NCBI GenBank assembly: GCA_036554285.1
Contig: DATBNO010000109.1
Coordinates: 248-64,247 of the forward strand
Length of the DNA stretch: 64,000 bases
DNA from: Gemmatimonadaceae bacterium
Lineage (GTDB): Bacteria; Gemmatimonadota; Gemmatimonadetes; Gemmatimonadales; Gemmatimonadaceae
Direction of reading: 5' to 3'
The notes under the pieces were generated by a model. The model was not told the origin of the DNA and made no database searches. It saw only the letters and a list, made by a program, of their open reading frames with translations. Both the position numbers and the translations under genes were made by a program. Of this stretch, positions 49,606-58,540 are shown in pieces; the first letter of the stretch is position 1; the number at the start of each line of letters is the position of its first letter.

Positions 49606-50390
49606 TCGCGCGCACGGCTGTCGGGTTCGCGTTGGCGTGCGCGATCTCGTTGGTCGCGTGGCGCGCACGCGCGCTGTCGCGCAGTGGCGCACTGACGGCA
49701 ATAATCGTCGGTACGGCAGCGCTCGCCGCGGGCTGGTCGTGGGGCGCTCTTCTTTTTGCTTTCTTTGTGACCGGCACCGCGCTTTCGCGCGCCCAACGCG
49801 AAAACAAGTTGCGCCGCACGGAATCCGTCGTCGCCAAAGGCGGAACACGAGACGCGGTGCAAGTGCTGGCCAACGGCGGCCTGTTTGCCCTGGCGGCACT
49901 AGCGTCTCTCGTGGCTCCGGCCATTGCCTGTATGGCGATCGGTGGTGGGGCACTTGCAGCCGCTTCGGCGGATACATGGGGTACGGAGGTGGGAACACTT
50001 TCGTCCCGGTCCCCTCGATTGATCACTACGTGGCGACGGGTCGCTACCGGAACGTCCGGTGGCGTCACGATCGTCGGCCTCCTCGCAAGCGTCGCCGGGG
50101 GGGTGTTCGTCGGGGTAATGGCGTGGCTCGTGCACTGGCCACCACACGTTGCGGTCGCCGCGGCCGCAGGCGGAATAGCAGGCGCGTTGGCGGATTCGTT
50201 CGCCGGCGCAGTCCTGCAGTCTCGACGGCGATGCGCCCGATGCGGGGCGCTAACCGAACGAGCCGTGCACACCTGCGGCGACGTCACGCAACGGATCGGA
50301 GGCATTCCATGGTTGGACAACGACGGGGTGAATCTGCTGGCGGGGCTCACGGGAGCGGCGGTCGCGCTCATGCTAGCCGGACACCGATAA
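49602..50390 (+). CDS. DUF92 (TMEM19/VTE6-like) integral membrane protein
   Basis: SRSGALTAIIVGT...KGGTRDAVQVLANGG...ADTWGTEVG...TSGGVTIVGLLAS are the conserved DUF92 blocks. The GTG start overlaps the anti-sigma stop (GTGA). Confidence 0.88.
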   Translation: MIARTAVGFALACAISLVAWRARALSRSGALTAIIVGTAALAAGWSWGALLFAFFVTGTALSRAQRENKLRRTESVVAKGGTRDAVQVLANGGLFALAALASLVAPAIACMAIGGGALAAASADTWGTEVGTLSSRSPRLITTWRRVATGTSGGVTIVGLLASVAGGVFVGVMAWLVHWPPHVAVAAAAGGIAGALADSFAGAVLQSRRRCARCGALTERAVHTCGDVTQRIGGIPWLDNDGVNLLAGLTGAAVALMLAGHR

Positions 50391-50416
50391 GGGCGGCGCT
50401 CGCGCGCGCGGCATGC

Positions 50417-50833
50417 GTGGCGCTGGCGGTCGTGGCGGTGGCCTGCATCGACACGACGCCGACGCAATACTTCAATCAGGGCGGCTTCAATTCGAACGGC
50501 TCGAGCGGCGGCGGCGGTTCGGGCGGCGCAATCGACAGCAATCTCGTCGGGACGTGGACGGAGACGATCGTCGACACGGTGAACGGCGATCCGACGAACC
50601 AGCAAACGATTTGGGCGTTCAACGCCAACGGCACAGCGTCGCTGACGGTGATAACGTTCGACATCACCACGAGCGCCGCGGACACGACGATCAAGAACGG
50701 CACGTGGACGGCCGACGGCAGCACGGTGACGATCACGTTCCAGGCGCCGAACACGGGGACTGAGGAGTTTACGTACGTCATCAATGGCAGCACACTCTTG
50801 CTCGGACAAACAGAGTTCGTGCGAACAGGGTGA
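50417..50833 (+). CDS. Hypothetical small lipoprotein (Gly/Thr-rich beta protein)
   Basis: The frame of ORF 49637..50833 becomes protein-like only from ALAVVAVAC (lipobox) onward (GTWTETIVDT...GTWTADGSTVTITF). The only nearby start is GTG 50417, so the start is uncertain. Confidence 0.5.
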   Translation: MALAVVAVACIDTTPTQYFNQGGFNSNGSSGGGGSGGAIDSNLVGTWTETIVDTVNGDPTNQQTIWAFNANGTASLTVITFDITTSAADTTIKNGTWTADGSTVTITFQAPNTGTEEFTYVINGSTLLLGQTEFVRTG

Positions 50834-50903
50834 CGACGCGCCCCGGTCCGCTCCGTTAGGGCGCGGCCGACCGGCGGCGTCTTCGCCGCCGTCGCGCCCG
50901 CGG

Positions 50904-52334
50904 GTGCTCCTCGTGAGCACCAATCGAGAGCGGCAGCCGATGCCCGTCGTGCCTAACGGCGTGGCGTGTGTGGCATCGGCGTTGGACCAAGCCGGATACA
51001 CGGTGCGGGTGGCGGATCTGTGTTTCGCCTCCGATCCTCATGCCGCCGCCCGCGCCGCGGCCCGCTCCTTCCAGCCGGACGTCATCGGCGTCTCGGTCCG
51101 CAACATCGACAACAGCGACCTCATCGCGCTCGAGCACTACACGCCCGAGGCGAGCGCCGTGTTGCGCACGCTGCGCGACGCGGCGCCCGACGCGCGCGTG
51201 ATCGCCGGCGGCGCGGCGTTCGGCGTCGCACCGGCGTCGTTGTTCGACGAGTTAGGCGTGGAGTTCGCCGTGGCCGGCGACGGCGAGCGGGCGACCACGG
51301 CGCTTCTCGATGCGCTCTCCGCGGGACGCGACCCGGCCGGCATTCCCGGCGTGGTGTCCCGCGGCCAGACGGCCACCGTCGTGACGCCGCCCGGCGGCGA
51401 TCCGGACGTGGATGCCTTCCCCTCGGCGCGCATGCATCGCTGGCTCGATCTCGCCAGGTACGAGCGGCGCGGCGGCACGGTGCCGATACAGACCAAGCGC
51501 GGCTGCGTGTTCAAGTGCATTTACTGCACGTATCTCAACGTCGAGGGTTGGGGGTATCGCCTGCGCGATCCCGAGCACGTCGTCGACGAAATGGAAGAGT
51601 TGGTGCACGACGCGGGTGTGCGGCACTTCGAGTTCGTGGACTCGACGTTCAATGCTCCGCCCCGCCATGCGGCCGCGATCTGTGAAGCGATCACGCGTCG
51701 CCCGCTGCGCGTCAAGCTGGACACGACCAACTTCACACCGGCTGCCGTGCCGCCCTACTTGCTCGACCCGATGCGCGCCGCGGGGTTCCGCTGGTTAGGC
51801 ATCACCGCCGAGAGCGCGAGCGACCCGGTGCTCGAGCGGCTCGAGAAGGGATTCGACGCGGCGCGCGTGAGGCAAGTGGCGGGCGAGGTCGAACGCGCCG
51901 GCATCGGCGTCCTCTGGATTTTTCTCGTCGGCGGTCCGGGCGAAACGATGCGGACGCTGAACGAAACGCTCGCCTTCGCGGTCGAGCGACTCGAGCGCGG
52001 CGACGCGGTGTACCTCACCGTTGGGCTGCGAGTGTATCCGGGCACGACGCTCCACCGGGTCGCGCTCGACGAGGGCGTCGTCGAACACGGTGATCCGCTC
52101 CTCGTGCCGCGATTCTATTTCTCGAGCGCGCTCTCGTTCGAGGCGGCGGTCGCGCGGCTGCGCCAAGTTGCGGCCCGCCATCCGCGGTTCATGTTCTCGG
52201 CCGACTCGCGGTCGGCGATTCTGCCGTACTTGACGCGGCTCGCATCGGTGTTGCACTTGCCGCGTCCGCATTGGCGGTACATGGGACTGTTCCAGCGAGT
52301 GGCCCGGTTGGGCGACCGCGTGCGCGCCGGCTAA
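50904..52334 (+). CDS. B12-binding-domain radical SAM protein (class B)
   Basis: N-terminal Rossmann-like B12 domain (VLLVSTNRE...VIGVSVRN), then CVFKCIYC (CxxxCxxC) radical-SAM cluster motif. GTG 50904 is preferred over ORF-track ATG 50784, which overlaps the lipoprotein gene. Confidence 0.9.
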   Translation: MLLVSTNRERQPMPVVPNGVACVASALDQAGYTVRVADLCFASDPHAAARAAARSFQPDVIGVSVRNIDNSDLIALEHYTPEASAVLRTLRDAAPDARVIAGGAAFGVAPASLFDELGVEFAVAGDGERATTALLDALSAGRDPAGIPGVVSRGQTATVVTPPGGDPDVDAFPSARMHRWLDLARYERRGGTVPIQTKRGCVFKCIYCTYLNVEGWGYRLRDPEHVVDEMEELVHDAGVRHFEFVDSTFNAPPRHAAAICEAITRRPLRVKLDTTNFTPAAVPPYLLDPMRAAGFRWLGITAESASDPVLERLEKGFDAARVRQVAGEVERAGIGVLWIFLVGGPGETMRTLNETLAFAVERLERGDAVYLTVGLRVYPGTTLHRVALDEGVVEHGDPLLVPRFYFSSALSFEAAVARLRQVAARHPRFMFSADSRSAILPYLTRLASVLHLPRPHWRYMGLFQRVARLGDRVRAG

Positions 52335-53561
52335 GTGACGCGCGCGCAGGTGATCGTGGTTGGCGCCGGGCCGGCGGGCAGCTCCACGGCGTGGCATCTG
52401 GCACGACTCGGCATCGACGTGCTGGTGCTGGACCGCGCGCGGTTTCCGCGCGACAAACCCTGCGCCGAGTACTTGAGTCCCGAGGCATCGCGGCTGCTGG
52501 ACGCGATGGGCGCGCTTGCGGCGTGCGAAGCGGCGGGCGCGGCGCAGCTCGCGGGCATGGTGGTGCGCGCGCCTAACGGAACGCTGTTGCGCGGCGATTT
52601 CGCGGCCGCGCACGGCTTTCGCGGATTCCGGGACCGCGGATTGGCGCTCCGCCGGTCGGTGCTCGACGCGCTGCTGCTCGAGCGCGCGCGCGCCGCAGGC
52701 GCGCGCGTGGTCGAGGAGCAGCGCGTGACAGGCCTCGTGCGGGACGCACGAGGCGCCGTGACGGGCATCGAAACGCTCGATGCAAGCGGACACACGGCCG
52801 AGCGGCAGGCGGCGATCATCGTGGGCGCCGACGGATTGCGATCGGTGGTGGCGCGCCGGCTCGGTCTCTCGCGCGCGCGACGGCGCCCCAAGCGGGTGGC
52901 GATGATCGCGCATTATCACGGCGTGGCGGGCATGGGAGCGTACGGCGAGATGCACGTGGAGCGGGATGGGTATGCGGGGTTTGCGGACGTGGGGAGTGGT
53001 GTGACCAACGTCGCCGTCGTCGCCCCGGCGACGCGCGTCAAGCGCGCCGCCATGGCGCCGGCGGCCTTCTTCGACGCATGGCTCGCAGCGCATCCACACT
53101 TGGGCGCCCGCCTGGCGGGCGCCCAGCGTGTGGATGCGGTGCGAGCGACGGGGCCGTTCGCCCACCACGCGCGCCGCGCGTGGGCGCGCGGCGCGGCGCT
53201 GGTGGGCGACGCGGCTGATTTCTTCGATCCGTTCACCGGCGAAGGCATCTACGCGGCGCTCCGCGGCGGCGAGATGCTCGCGCCGCACATCGTCGCCGCG
53301 CTCGACGCGCGGTCGCCGCGCGATGCCGATGCCGCCCTCGCGGCGTACGACGCCGAGCGACGTCGCACGTTCGCCGGCAAGTGGAGGGTCGAGCGACTCG
53401 TCGCCCTCGCGGTCGCGGTCCCCGCCCTCATGAATCGCGCAGCGGCCACACTCGGCCAGCGAAAAGACATGGCCGATTTGTTCGTCGGCGTCGCCGGCGA
53501 CTTCGTGCCGCCGAGCGAAATTCTGTCGGTGCGCTATCTTCTCCGCCTGCTTGCCACCTGA
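52335..53561 (+). CDS. FAD-dependent oxidoreductase of the geranylgeranyl-reductase family
   Basis: VIVVGAGPAGSSTAWHLARLG dinucleotide fold, GADGLRSVV, GDAADFFDPFTGEGI. The GTG start abuts the rSAM stop with a 0-nt gap. Confidence 0.9.
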   Translation: MTRAQVIVVGAGPAGSSTAWHLARLGIDVLVLDRARFPRDKPCAEYLSPEASRLLDAMGALAACEAAGAAQLAGMVVRAPNGTLLRGDFAAAHGFRGFRDRGLALRRSVLDALLLERARAAGARVVEEQRVTGLVRDARGAVTGIETLDASGHTAERQAAIIVGADGLRSVVARRLGLSRARRRPKRVAMIAHYHGVAGMGAYGEMHVERDGYAGFADVGSGVTNVAVVAPATRVKRAAMAPAAFFDAWLAAHPHLGARLAGAQRVDAVRATGPFAHHARRAWARGAALVGDAADFFDPFTGEGIYAALRGGEMLAPHIVAALDARSPRDADAALAAYDAERRRTFAGKWRVERLVALAVAVPALMNRAAATLGQRKDMADLFVGVAGDFVPPSEILSVRYLLRLLAT

Positions 53562-53577
53562 CGGAGCTCCCGCCGAC

Positions 53578-54051
53578 ATGATCGATGCCCCGACGTTTCG
53601 CAGCACGCTCGGCCGCTTTGCCACCGGCGTGACGGTGCTCACGGCGCGCGACGCGAGCGGCCGCGATCACGGCATGACCGTGAGCGCGTTCTGCTCGGTG
53701 AGTCTCGATCCGCCGCGCGTGTTGTGCTGTGTCGAGCGCAGCGCCGACATGTATCCCATCATCCAGGCCGCGTCGCACTTCGCGATCAATATTCTGACGA
53801 CGGCGCAGGAGCCGATTTCGCGGCGGTTCGCCGAGGAGCGCGACGACCGGTTCGACGGGTTGGGCTACACCCGCGGCCTAACGGGATTGGTGCTGCTCGA
53901 GGACACGCTCGCCTACCTCGAGTGCGCGGTGGCGGCGCGGTACGACGGCGGCGACCATCTCGTCGTGTTGGGCGACGTGATCGCCGGCGCGGCGTCGGAC
54001 GGCCGCCCGCTGCTGTACTACCGCGGCGGCTACGCGCAGATGGAGCGGTGA
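53578..54051 (+). CDS. Flavin reductase-like (FMN-binding split-barrel) protein
   Basis: FRSTLGRFATGVTVLTA...GMTVSAFCSVSLDPP...HFAINIL. An alternative TTG start at 53551 overlaps the upstream gene. Confidence 0.88.
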   Translation: MIDAPTFRSTLGRFATGVTVLTARDASGRDHGMTVSAFCSVSLDPPRVLCCVERSADMYPIIQAASHFAINILTTAQEPISRRFAEERDDRFDGLGYTRGLTGLVLLEDTLAYLECAVAARYDGGDHLVVLGDVIAGAASDGRPLLYYRGGYAQMER

Positions 54052-54761
54052 TCGCCGTCACGCCGCGTCCGCGCCGCGGGCGCGAATATCTGGATGACGC
54101 CGAGCAGATGGACACGCTCGTCGTCCGCCAATCGTTAGGCGATGTGGCGCGCGCCAACGCGCTCTTCGGCGGCACGCGGGCGGTGCTGGCGGAGCTCGCC
54201 CGTGCGGTGCGACACGCAGGGGATGGACGGCGGCCGGTCACGCTGCTCGACGTGGGCACGGGCCGCGGCGACATCCCGGCGGCGGCGGCGGCCTGGTGCA
54301 CCCGCCACGGCGTGGTCCTCGAAACGGTGGGCATCGAGAAATCCGAGTCGCTGGCGCGCATCGCGGCCGATCACACCACGGTCCTCTCCGCCGACGCGCT
54401 GCACCTGCCCTTCGCGAATCGGAGTGTCGACATCGTGATGTGCTCGCAGGTCCTCCACCACTTCGAGCGCGCCGATGCGATGACGGTGTTGCGTGAGATG
54501 CACCGCGTGGCGCGCCGTCGCGTGGTCGTGAGCGATCTGCATCGCAGCTGGCTCGCCGCCGCCGGCATCTGGCTCGCCTCGTATCCGCTCCTATTCCATC
54601 CGGTGAGCCGGCACGACGGTGTGCTGTCGGTGTTGCGCGGCTTCACCCGCGGCGAGTTGGGCGAGTTGGTGCGCCAGTCCGTTGGGCAGGACGCTCACGT
54701 CCGCTACCGGTTGGGCTTTCGCGTGACGGCCTCGTGGACGCCCGCGGAGCGCGACCAGTGA
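54048..54761 (+). CDS. Class I SAM-dependent methyltransferase
   Basis: Motif I LLDVGTGRGDIP and post-I/II region LPFANRSVDIVMCSQVLHHF. GTGA overlap with the upstream stop. Confidence 0.85.
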   Translation: MIAVTPRPRRGREYLDDAEQMDTLVVRQSLGDVARANALFGGTRAVLAELARAVRHAGDGRRPVTLLDVGTGRGDIPAAAAAWCTRHGVVLETVGIEKSESLARIAADHTTVLSADALHLPFANRSVDIVMCSQVLHHFERADAMTVLREMHRVARRRVVVSDLHRSWLAAAGIWLASYPLLFHPVSRHDGVLSVLRGFTRGELGELVRQSVGQDAHVRYRLGFRVTASWTPAERDQ

Positions 54762-55282
54762 CGGACCCCCGCATCGCGTTGCGTGATCCGGTTCGACTGC
54801 CGGCCATGCCCGACGGATGGTCGATGCGCGTGATCGACGAGCGCGTGGTCAAGGCGAGCGTCCGCACGATGTTTGCGCTGGCACGCGAGGTGGATCGGTG
54901 GCCGGAACATCTCGCGCACTATCGGTGGGTGCGATTCGACCAGCGCGACACGGAGGGAGGCGGTCTCGTCGCGATGTCAGCGTCTCGTCCGTTTGGGCGA
55001 ATGGTGTGGCCAACGTGGTGGACGTCGGAGATGGGCATCGACGATGCGCGTCCGGCGATTCGTTTTCGTCACGTGCACGGCGTCACGCGAGGCATGGAAG
55101 TGGAGTGGACGTTCACGGAGCGGAATGACGGCGTGCTCGTTCGCATCGTACATTGCTGGAACGGGCCGGGGTGGCCGTTGATTGGTGTCGCAGCGGCCCG
55201 ACACGTCATCGGGCCCGTGTTCATTCATGGCATCGCGAGTCGAACGCTGGCTGGGTTGGCCGCGGTCGCGGAGCGCCGGTGA
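54758..55282 (+). CDS. SRPBCC (polyketide cyclase/dehydrase-like) family protein
   Basis: VKASVRTMFALAREVDRWPEHLAHY...EVEWTFTERNDGVLVRIVH is typical of the Polyketide_cyc2/START-like fold. GTG 54758 overlaps the upstream stop; an alternative ATG lies at 54734. Confidence 0.8.
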   Translation: MTDPRIALRDPVRLPAMPDGWSMRVIDERVVKASVRTMFALAREVDRWPEHLAHYRWVRFDQRDTEGGGLVAMSASRPFGRMVWPTWWTSEMGIDDARPAIRFRHVHGVTRGMEVEWTFTERNDGVLVRIVHCWNGPGWPLIGVAAARHVIGPVFIHGIASRTLAGLAAVAERR

Positions 55283-55324
55283 CGGCGCGCGCAACTTCAT
55301 CTCGAGCACACGGCACATAACGAC

Positions 55325-56563
55325 ATGTCACGTCGCGTAGTGATTACCGGCATCGGCTGCATCACTCCCATTGGCAGCACCGTCGATGGTTTGTGGTGCG
55401 GACTGCAGGCGCAGCGGTCCGCGGTCACCGAACTGTCGCGGTTCGATCCGTCGCCGTTCCGGAGTCACCTGGCGGCGGAAGTGCGCGACTTCGAGCCTAA
55501 CGACTTCCTGGATCGCAAGCGGGCGCGCCGGTTGGACCGGTTCGGGCAATTTTCCGTGGTGGCGGCGCGGATGGCGATCGAGGACGCGCACCTGGACCTC
55601 GCCGTCGAGGACAAGGAGCGCATCGGCACCATGATGGGCACTGCGTTAGGCGGCGTGGGCTACGCCGAGGAGCAGTGCGGCGTGTACTATCGCGGCGGTC
55701 TCCGGGACGTGGATCCGGCGCTGGCACTCATGGTGTTCGGCGGCTCGTCCAGCTGCAACATCGCGATCGAGTTCGGCGTGCAGGGGCCGAACAGCACCAA
55801 CGCGATGAGCTGTGCGTCGGGCACGATCGCGATCGGCGATGGCTTCCGGCAGATCCGCGACGACTACGCGGACGTGATGATCTGCGGCGCGGCGGAAACG
55901 CCGCTGTGGCCGTTGTGCTTCGGCGCGTTCGCGATCATTCGCGCCATGTCGACCCGCAACGCCGATCCGGCGAGCGCCAGCCGTCCGTTCGACCGCGATC
56001 GCGATGGATTCGTGATGGCCGAAGCGGCGGCGGTGCTGGTGATGGAAGAGCGCGACCGCGCGATCGCGCGCGGGGCGCCGATCTACGGCGAGGTGTTGGG
56101 CTTCGGCATGTCCAACGACGCCTACCACATGACGGCGCCGCGCCCCGATGGCTCACAGGCGGCGAAGTCGATGCGCCGCGCGCTCGACGACGCGCACGTG
56201 CGTCCCGAGGAAATCGACTACGTGAACGCGCACGGCAGCTCGACGCCGCTCAACGACACCACGGAAACGCTGGCGATCAAGCGGGTGTTCGGCGAGCGCG
56301 CGTACCGGATCCCGGTGAGCGGCACCAAGGGCTACTACGGCCATGCGTTAGGCGCGAGCGGCGCGATCGAGGCGGCCATTTGCGCGCTGGCGATGACGCG
56401 CGACTGGCTGCCGCCCACGGTGAATCTGGCCACGCCCGACGAGGGCTGCGACCTGGACTACATCCCGCGCATCGGCCGCGCCGCCCAGCCCGAGCTGCTG
56501 TTGTCGAACTCGTTCGGCTTCGGCGGGATCAACGCCGCGCTCGTGCTGCGGAAGGCGAGCTGA
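55325..56563 (+). CDS. Beta-ketoacyl synthase (KAS I/II, FabF-like), stand-alone
   Basis: RVVITGIGCITPIG, active-site Cys MSCASG, His contexts DAYHMTAP and NAHGSSTP, and C-terminal GFGGINAALVL. Confidence 0.95.
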   Translation: MSRRVVITGIGCITPIGSTVDGLWCGLQAQRSAVTELSRFDPSPFRSHLAAEVRDFEPNDFLDRKRARRLDRFGQFSVVAARMAIEDAHLDLAVEDKERIGTMMGTALGGVGYAEEQCGVYYRGGLRDVDPALALMVFGGSSSCNIAIEFGVQGPNSTNAMSCASGTIAIGDGFRQIRDDYADVMICGAAETPLWPLCFGAFAIIRAMSTRNADPASASRPFDRDRDGFVMAEAAAVLVMEERDRAIARGAPIYGEVLGFGMSNDAYHMTAPRPDGSQAAKSMRRALDDAHVRPEEIDYVNAHGSSTPLNDTTETLAIKRVFGERAYRIPVSGTKGYYGHALGASGAIEAAICALAMTRDWLPPTVNLATPDEGCDLDYIPRIGRAAQPELLLSNSFGFGGINAALVLRKAS

Positions 56564-57998
56564 CGGGATTCGTTCCGTTAGGCGACCCGCCAAGCGCCTT
56601 GCGCAGCGCGCGCTGCACGGTGCGCTCGAGCGAGCGGGAGTCGGTGAACGGGTGGACGCGCCGCCAGGCCTCGAGATCCATCACGGCCTTGGCCATCACC
56701 GGATGGCCGCCGGCGCTGCCGTAGCGCTTGAACTCGGCCCGCAGGCGCTCGCCTAACCGGGCAGCCGGCGACAACGCGCGCGTGCTCATCACGAGGTTCG
56801 TCCCGAACACGCCCGACACGGCCGACACCGACGCGCCCGCCATCCCCAGGCAGAACTCGGCCAGCTGGGCCACGATGTGCTCCTGGTCTTCCGGCAACCG
56901 GCCCAAGTGCACGTAGGCCAGTCCCTCGTGCACGCGCGGGCGCTGCAGCGCATCGCCGAACCGCTTGAGCGCGAGCGTGCCGTACGACGGATGCTGAATG
57001 CGCCGCAGCATCGCCTGATCGGCCCGCGGGAACAGATACGCGAACATCTGCAGGTCGTCGTCGCTCGCCGAGCGCGAGAGCGACTTGGTGTCGGTCACGA
57101 TGCCGTAGAGCAGCGCCGTCGCCAACGGCGTCGCGATCTCCTGCTCGTCGGACGCCAACAGATACTCGGCCGCCATTGTGGCGCTCGCGCCGAACCACGT
57201 GCGCACGTCGCGGAAGCCCGAGCGATACGCCCCGGTGGTGGGGTGGTGGTCGACCACCGCCGCGACCTCGGGCAACGGGACCGTGAAGTAGGGCGGCTGC
57301 ACGTCGACGAGCACGAGCGGCGCCGATGCGGCGAGCTCCCGGCGCGTGACGTGCGCGACGACGACGCCCAACTCCTCGATCAGCCGGCGATTCTCGGGCC
57401 GCGTGACGTAGCCTAACGTAATGATCGGCGAGCGCTCGGGACGCATGCCTAACGCTCGGCGCAGCGCGAGGGCCGAGGCGATCGCGTCGGGGTCGGGGTC
57501 GTTCTGGACGAGGAACGCGCAGGTGCGCCGGCCGCGCAGCGCGCGCCGGAGACCGCGCAGGCGCTTGTGCGAGGCGACGCGCCGCAGCACCAGCTCGATC
57601 GCATCGGCCAGCAGCTCGCCCTCGTCAAGCCAGCGCAGTCCATCGCGGGCCGGTCCGTGGTGCGCCTTCCGCCAGTGGTCGATGACGAGGATCGACGCCG
57701 GCGGGAACGCGCCGCGCACCGCGCGCGCGACGCGCCGGGCGCGCGTCTCATCGGCGAGATCGATGACGGCGATCGCATCGCGCCCCTCGAGCGGCGCGAA
57801 CGTTTCCGACTTCGCCGGATCGCCGCGCAACGGCACCGACCAGTTAGGCACACGATGGTGGTCGCCGGTCCACAGGAACACCTCGCGGCCGGCGAGCGCG
57901 GATTGGCGCAACGCCTGCAAACGACCCGGCTGGTCGGACACGAACAGCACGCCGACCTTCGATCCGGACGATGGCACCGCTTTCGTACGATCGGTCAC
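56529..57998 (-). CDS. DHH/DHHA1 family phosphoesterase (NrnA-like) with N-terminal Rossmann/TrkA-N-like domain
   Basis: DHH motif AAVVDHHPT and DHHA1 GGH motif GSAGGHPVMAKA. GTG 57998 overlaps the ppa stop (GTGA). The 3' end overlaps the convergent KAS gene by 35 nt. Confidence 0.85.
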   Translation of the reverse strand: MTDRTKAVPSSGSKVGVLFVSDQPGRLQALRQSALAGREVFLWTGDHHRVPNWSVPLRGDPAKSETFAPLEGRDAIAVIDLADETRARRVARAVRGAFPPASILVIDHWRKAHHGPARDGLRWLDEGELLADAIELVLRRVASHKRLRGLRRALRGRRTCAFLVQNDPDPDAIASALALRRALGMRPERSPIITLGYVTRPENRRLIEELGVVVAHVTRRELAASAPLVLVDVQPPYFTVPLPEVAAVVDHHPTTGAYRSGFRDVRTWFGASATMAAEYLLASDEQEIATPLATALLYGIVTDTKSLSRSASDDDLQMFAYLFPRADQAMLRRIQHPSYGTLALKRFGDALQRPRVHEGLAYVHLGRLPEDQEHIVAQLAEFCLGMAGASVSAVSGVFGTNLVMSTRALSPAARLGERLRAEFKRYGSAGGHPVMAKAVMDLEAWRRVHPFTDSRSLERTVQRALRKALGGSPNGTNPVSSPSAARARR

Positions 57999-58540
57999 GG
58001 GCCGGACACGACCACGAACTGTTCGTCGTACCGGCGGATCGCGTCGTCGATGACGCGCACGGCGACGTCGCTCTTCTCCCATCCGACCACTTGAACGCGT
58101 TTGCCTTCGAGATCCTTGTAGATGTGGAAGAAGTGCTCGACTTCTTTCAGATAGTGCTGCGGAATGTCGGCGATGTCGAAGTACTCGTCGTAGAACGGAT
58201 CGTGGCTCGGGACGCCCAAGATCTTGTAGTCGAGCTCGCCGCGATCGAGCATCCGTAGCACGCCAATGGGGCGCGTATCGACGAGGCAGCCGGGAAACGT
58301 GGGCTCATTGAGCAGCACCAACACGTCGCACGGGTCGTGATCCTCGGCCAACGTGCGCGGGATGAAGCCGTAGTCGCCCGGATAGTGGACGGCGGAGAAC
58401 AGCACCCGATCGAGGCGAAAGAGTCCTGATTTCTTGTCCAACTCGTACTTGTTCTTGCTGCCGCTCGGGATCTCGACCACGGTCGTGACCTCATCCGGCA
58501 CGTGGGGCCCGGGCGGCAGGTCGTGCCATGGGTGGATCAC
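57995..58540 (-). CDS. ppa: Inorganic pyrophosphatase (family I)
   Basis: VVEIPSGSKNKYELD...HYPGDYGFIPRT...DHDPCDVLVL...DYKILGV. GTG 58540 overlaps the AKR stop (GTGA). The ORF-track extension to 58771 is rejected. Confidence 0.93.
   Translation of the reverse strand: MIHPWHDLPPGPHVPDEVTTVVEIPSGSKNKYELDKKSGLFRLDRVLFSAVHYPGDYGFIPRTLAEDHDPCDVLVLLNEPTFPGCLVDTRPIGVLRMLDRGELDYKILGVPSHDPFYDEYFDIADIPQHYLKEVEHFFHIYKDLEGKRVQVVGWEKSDVAVRVIDDAIRRYDEQFVVVSGP

Noticed and set aside
51795-53642. 615-aa ORF on the - strand across the radical-SAM and flavoprotein genes.
   Set aside because: It is a shadow ORF. The + strand frames carry recognisable CxxxCxxC and GxGxxG enzymes, and the antisense translation has no domain-like features.
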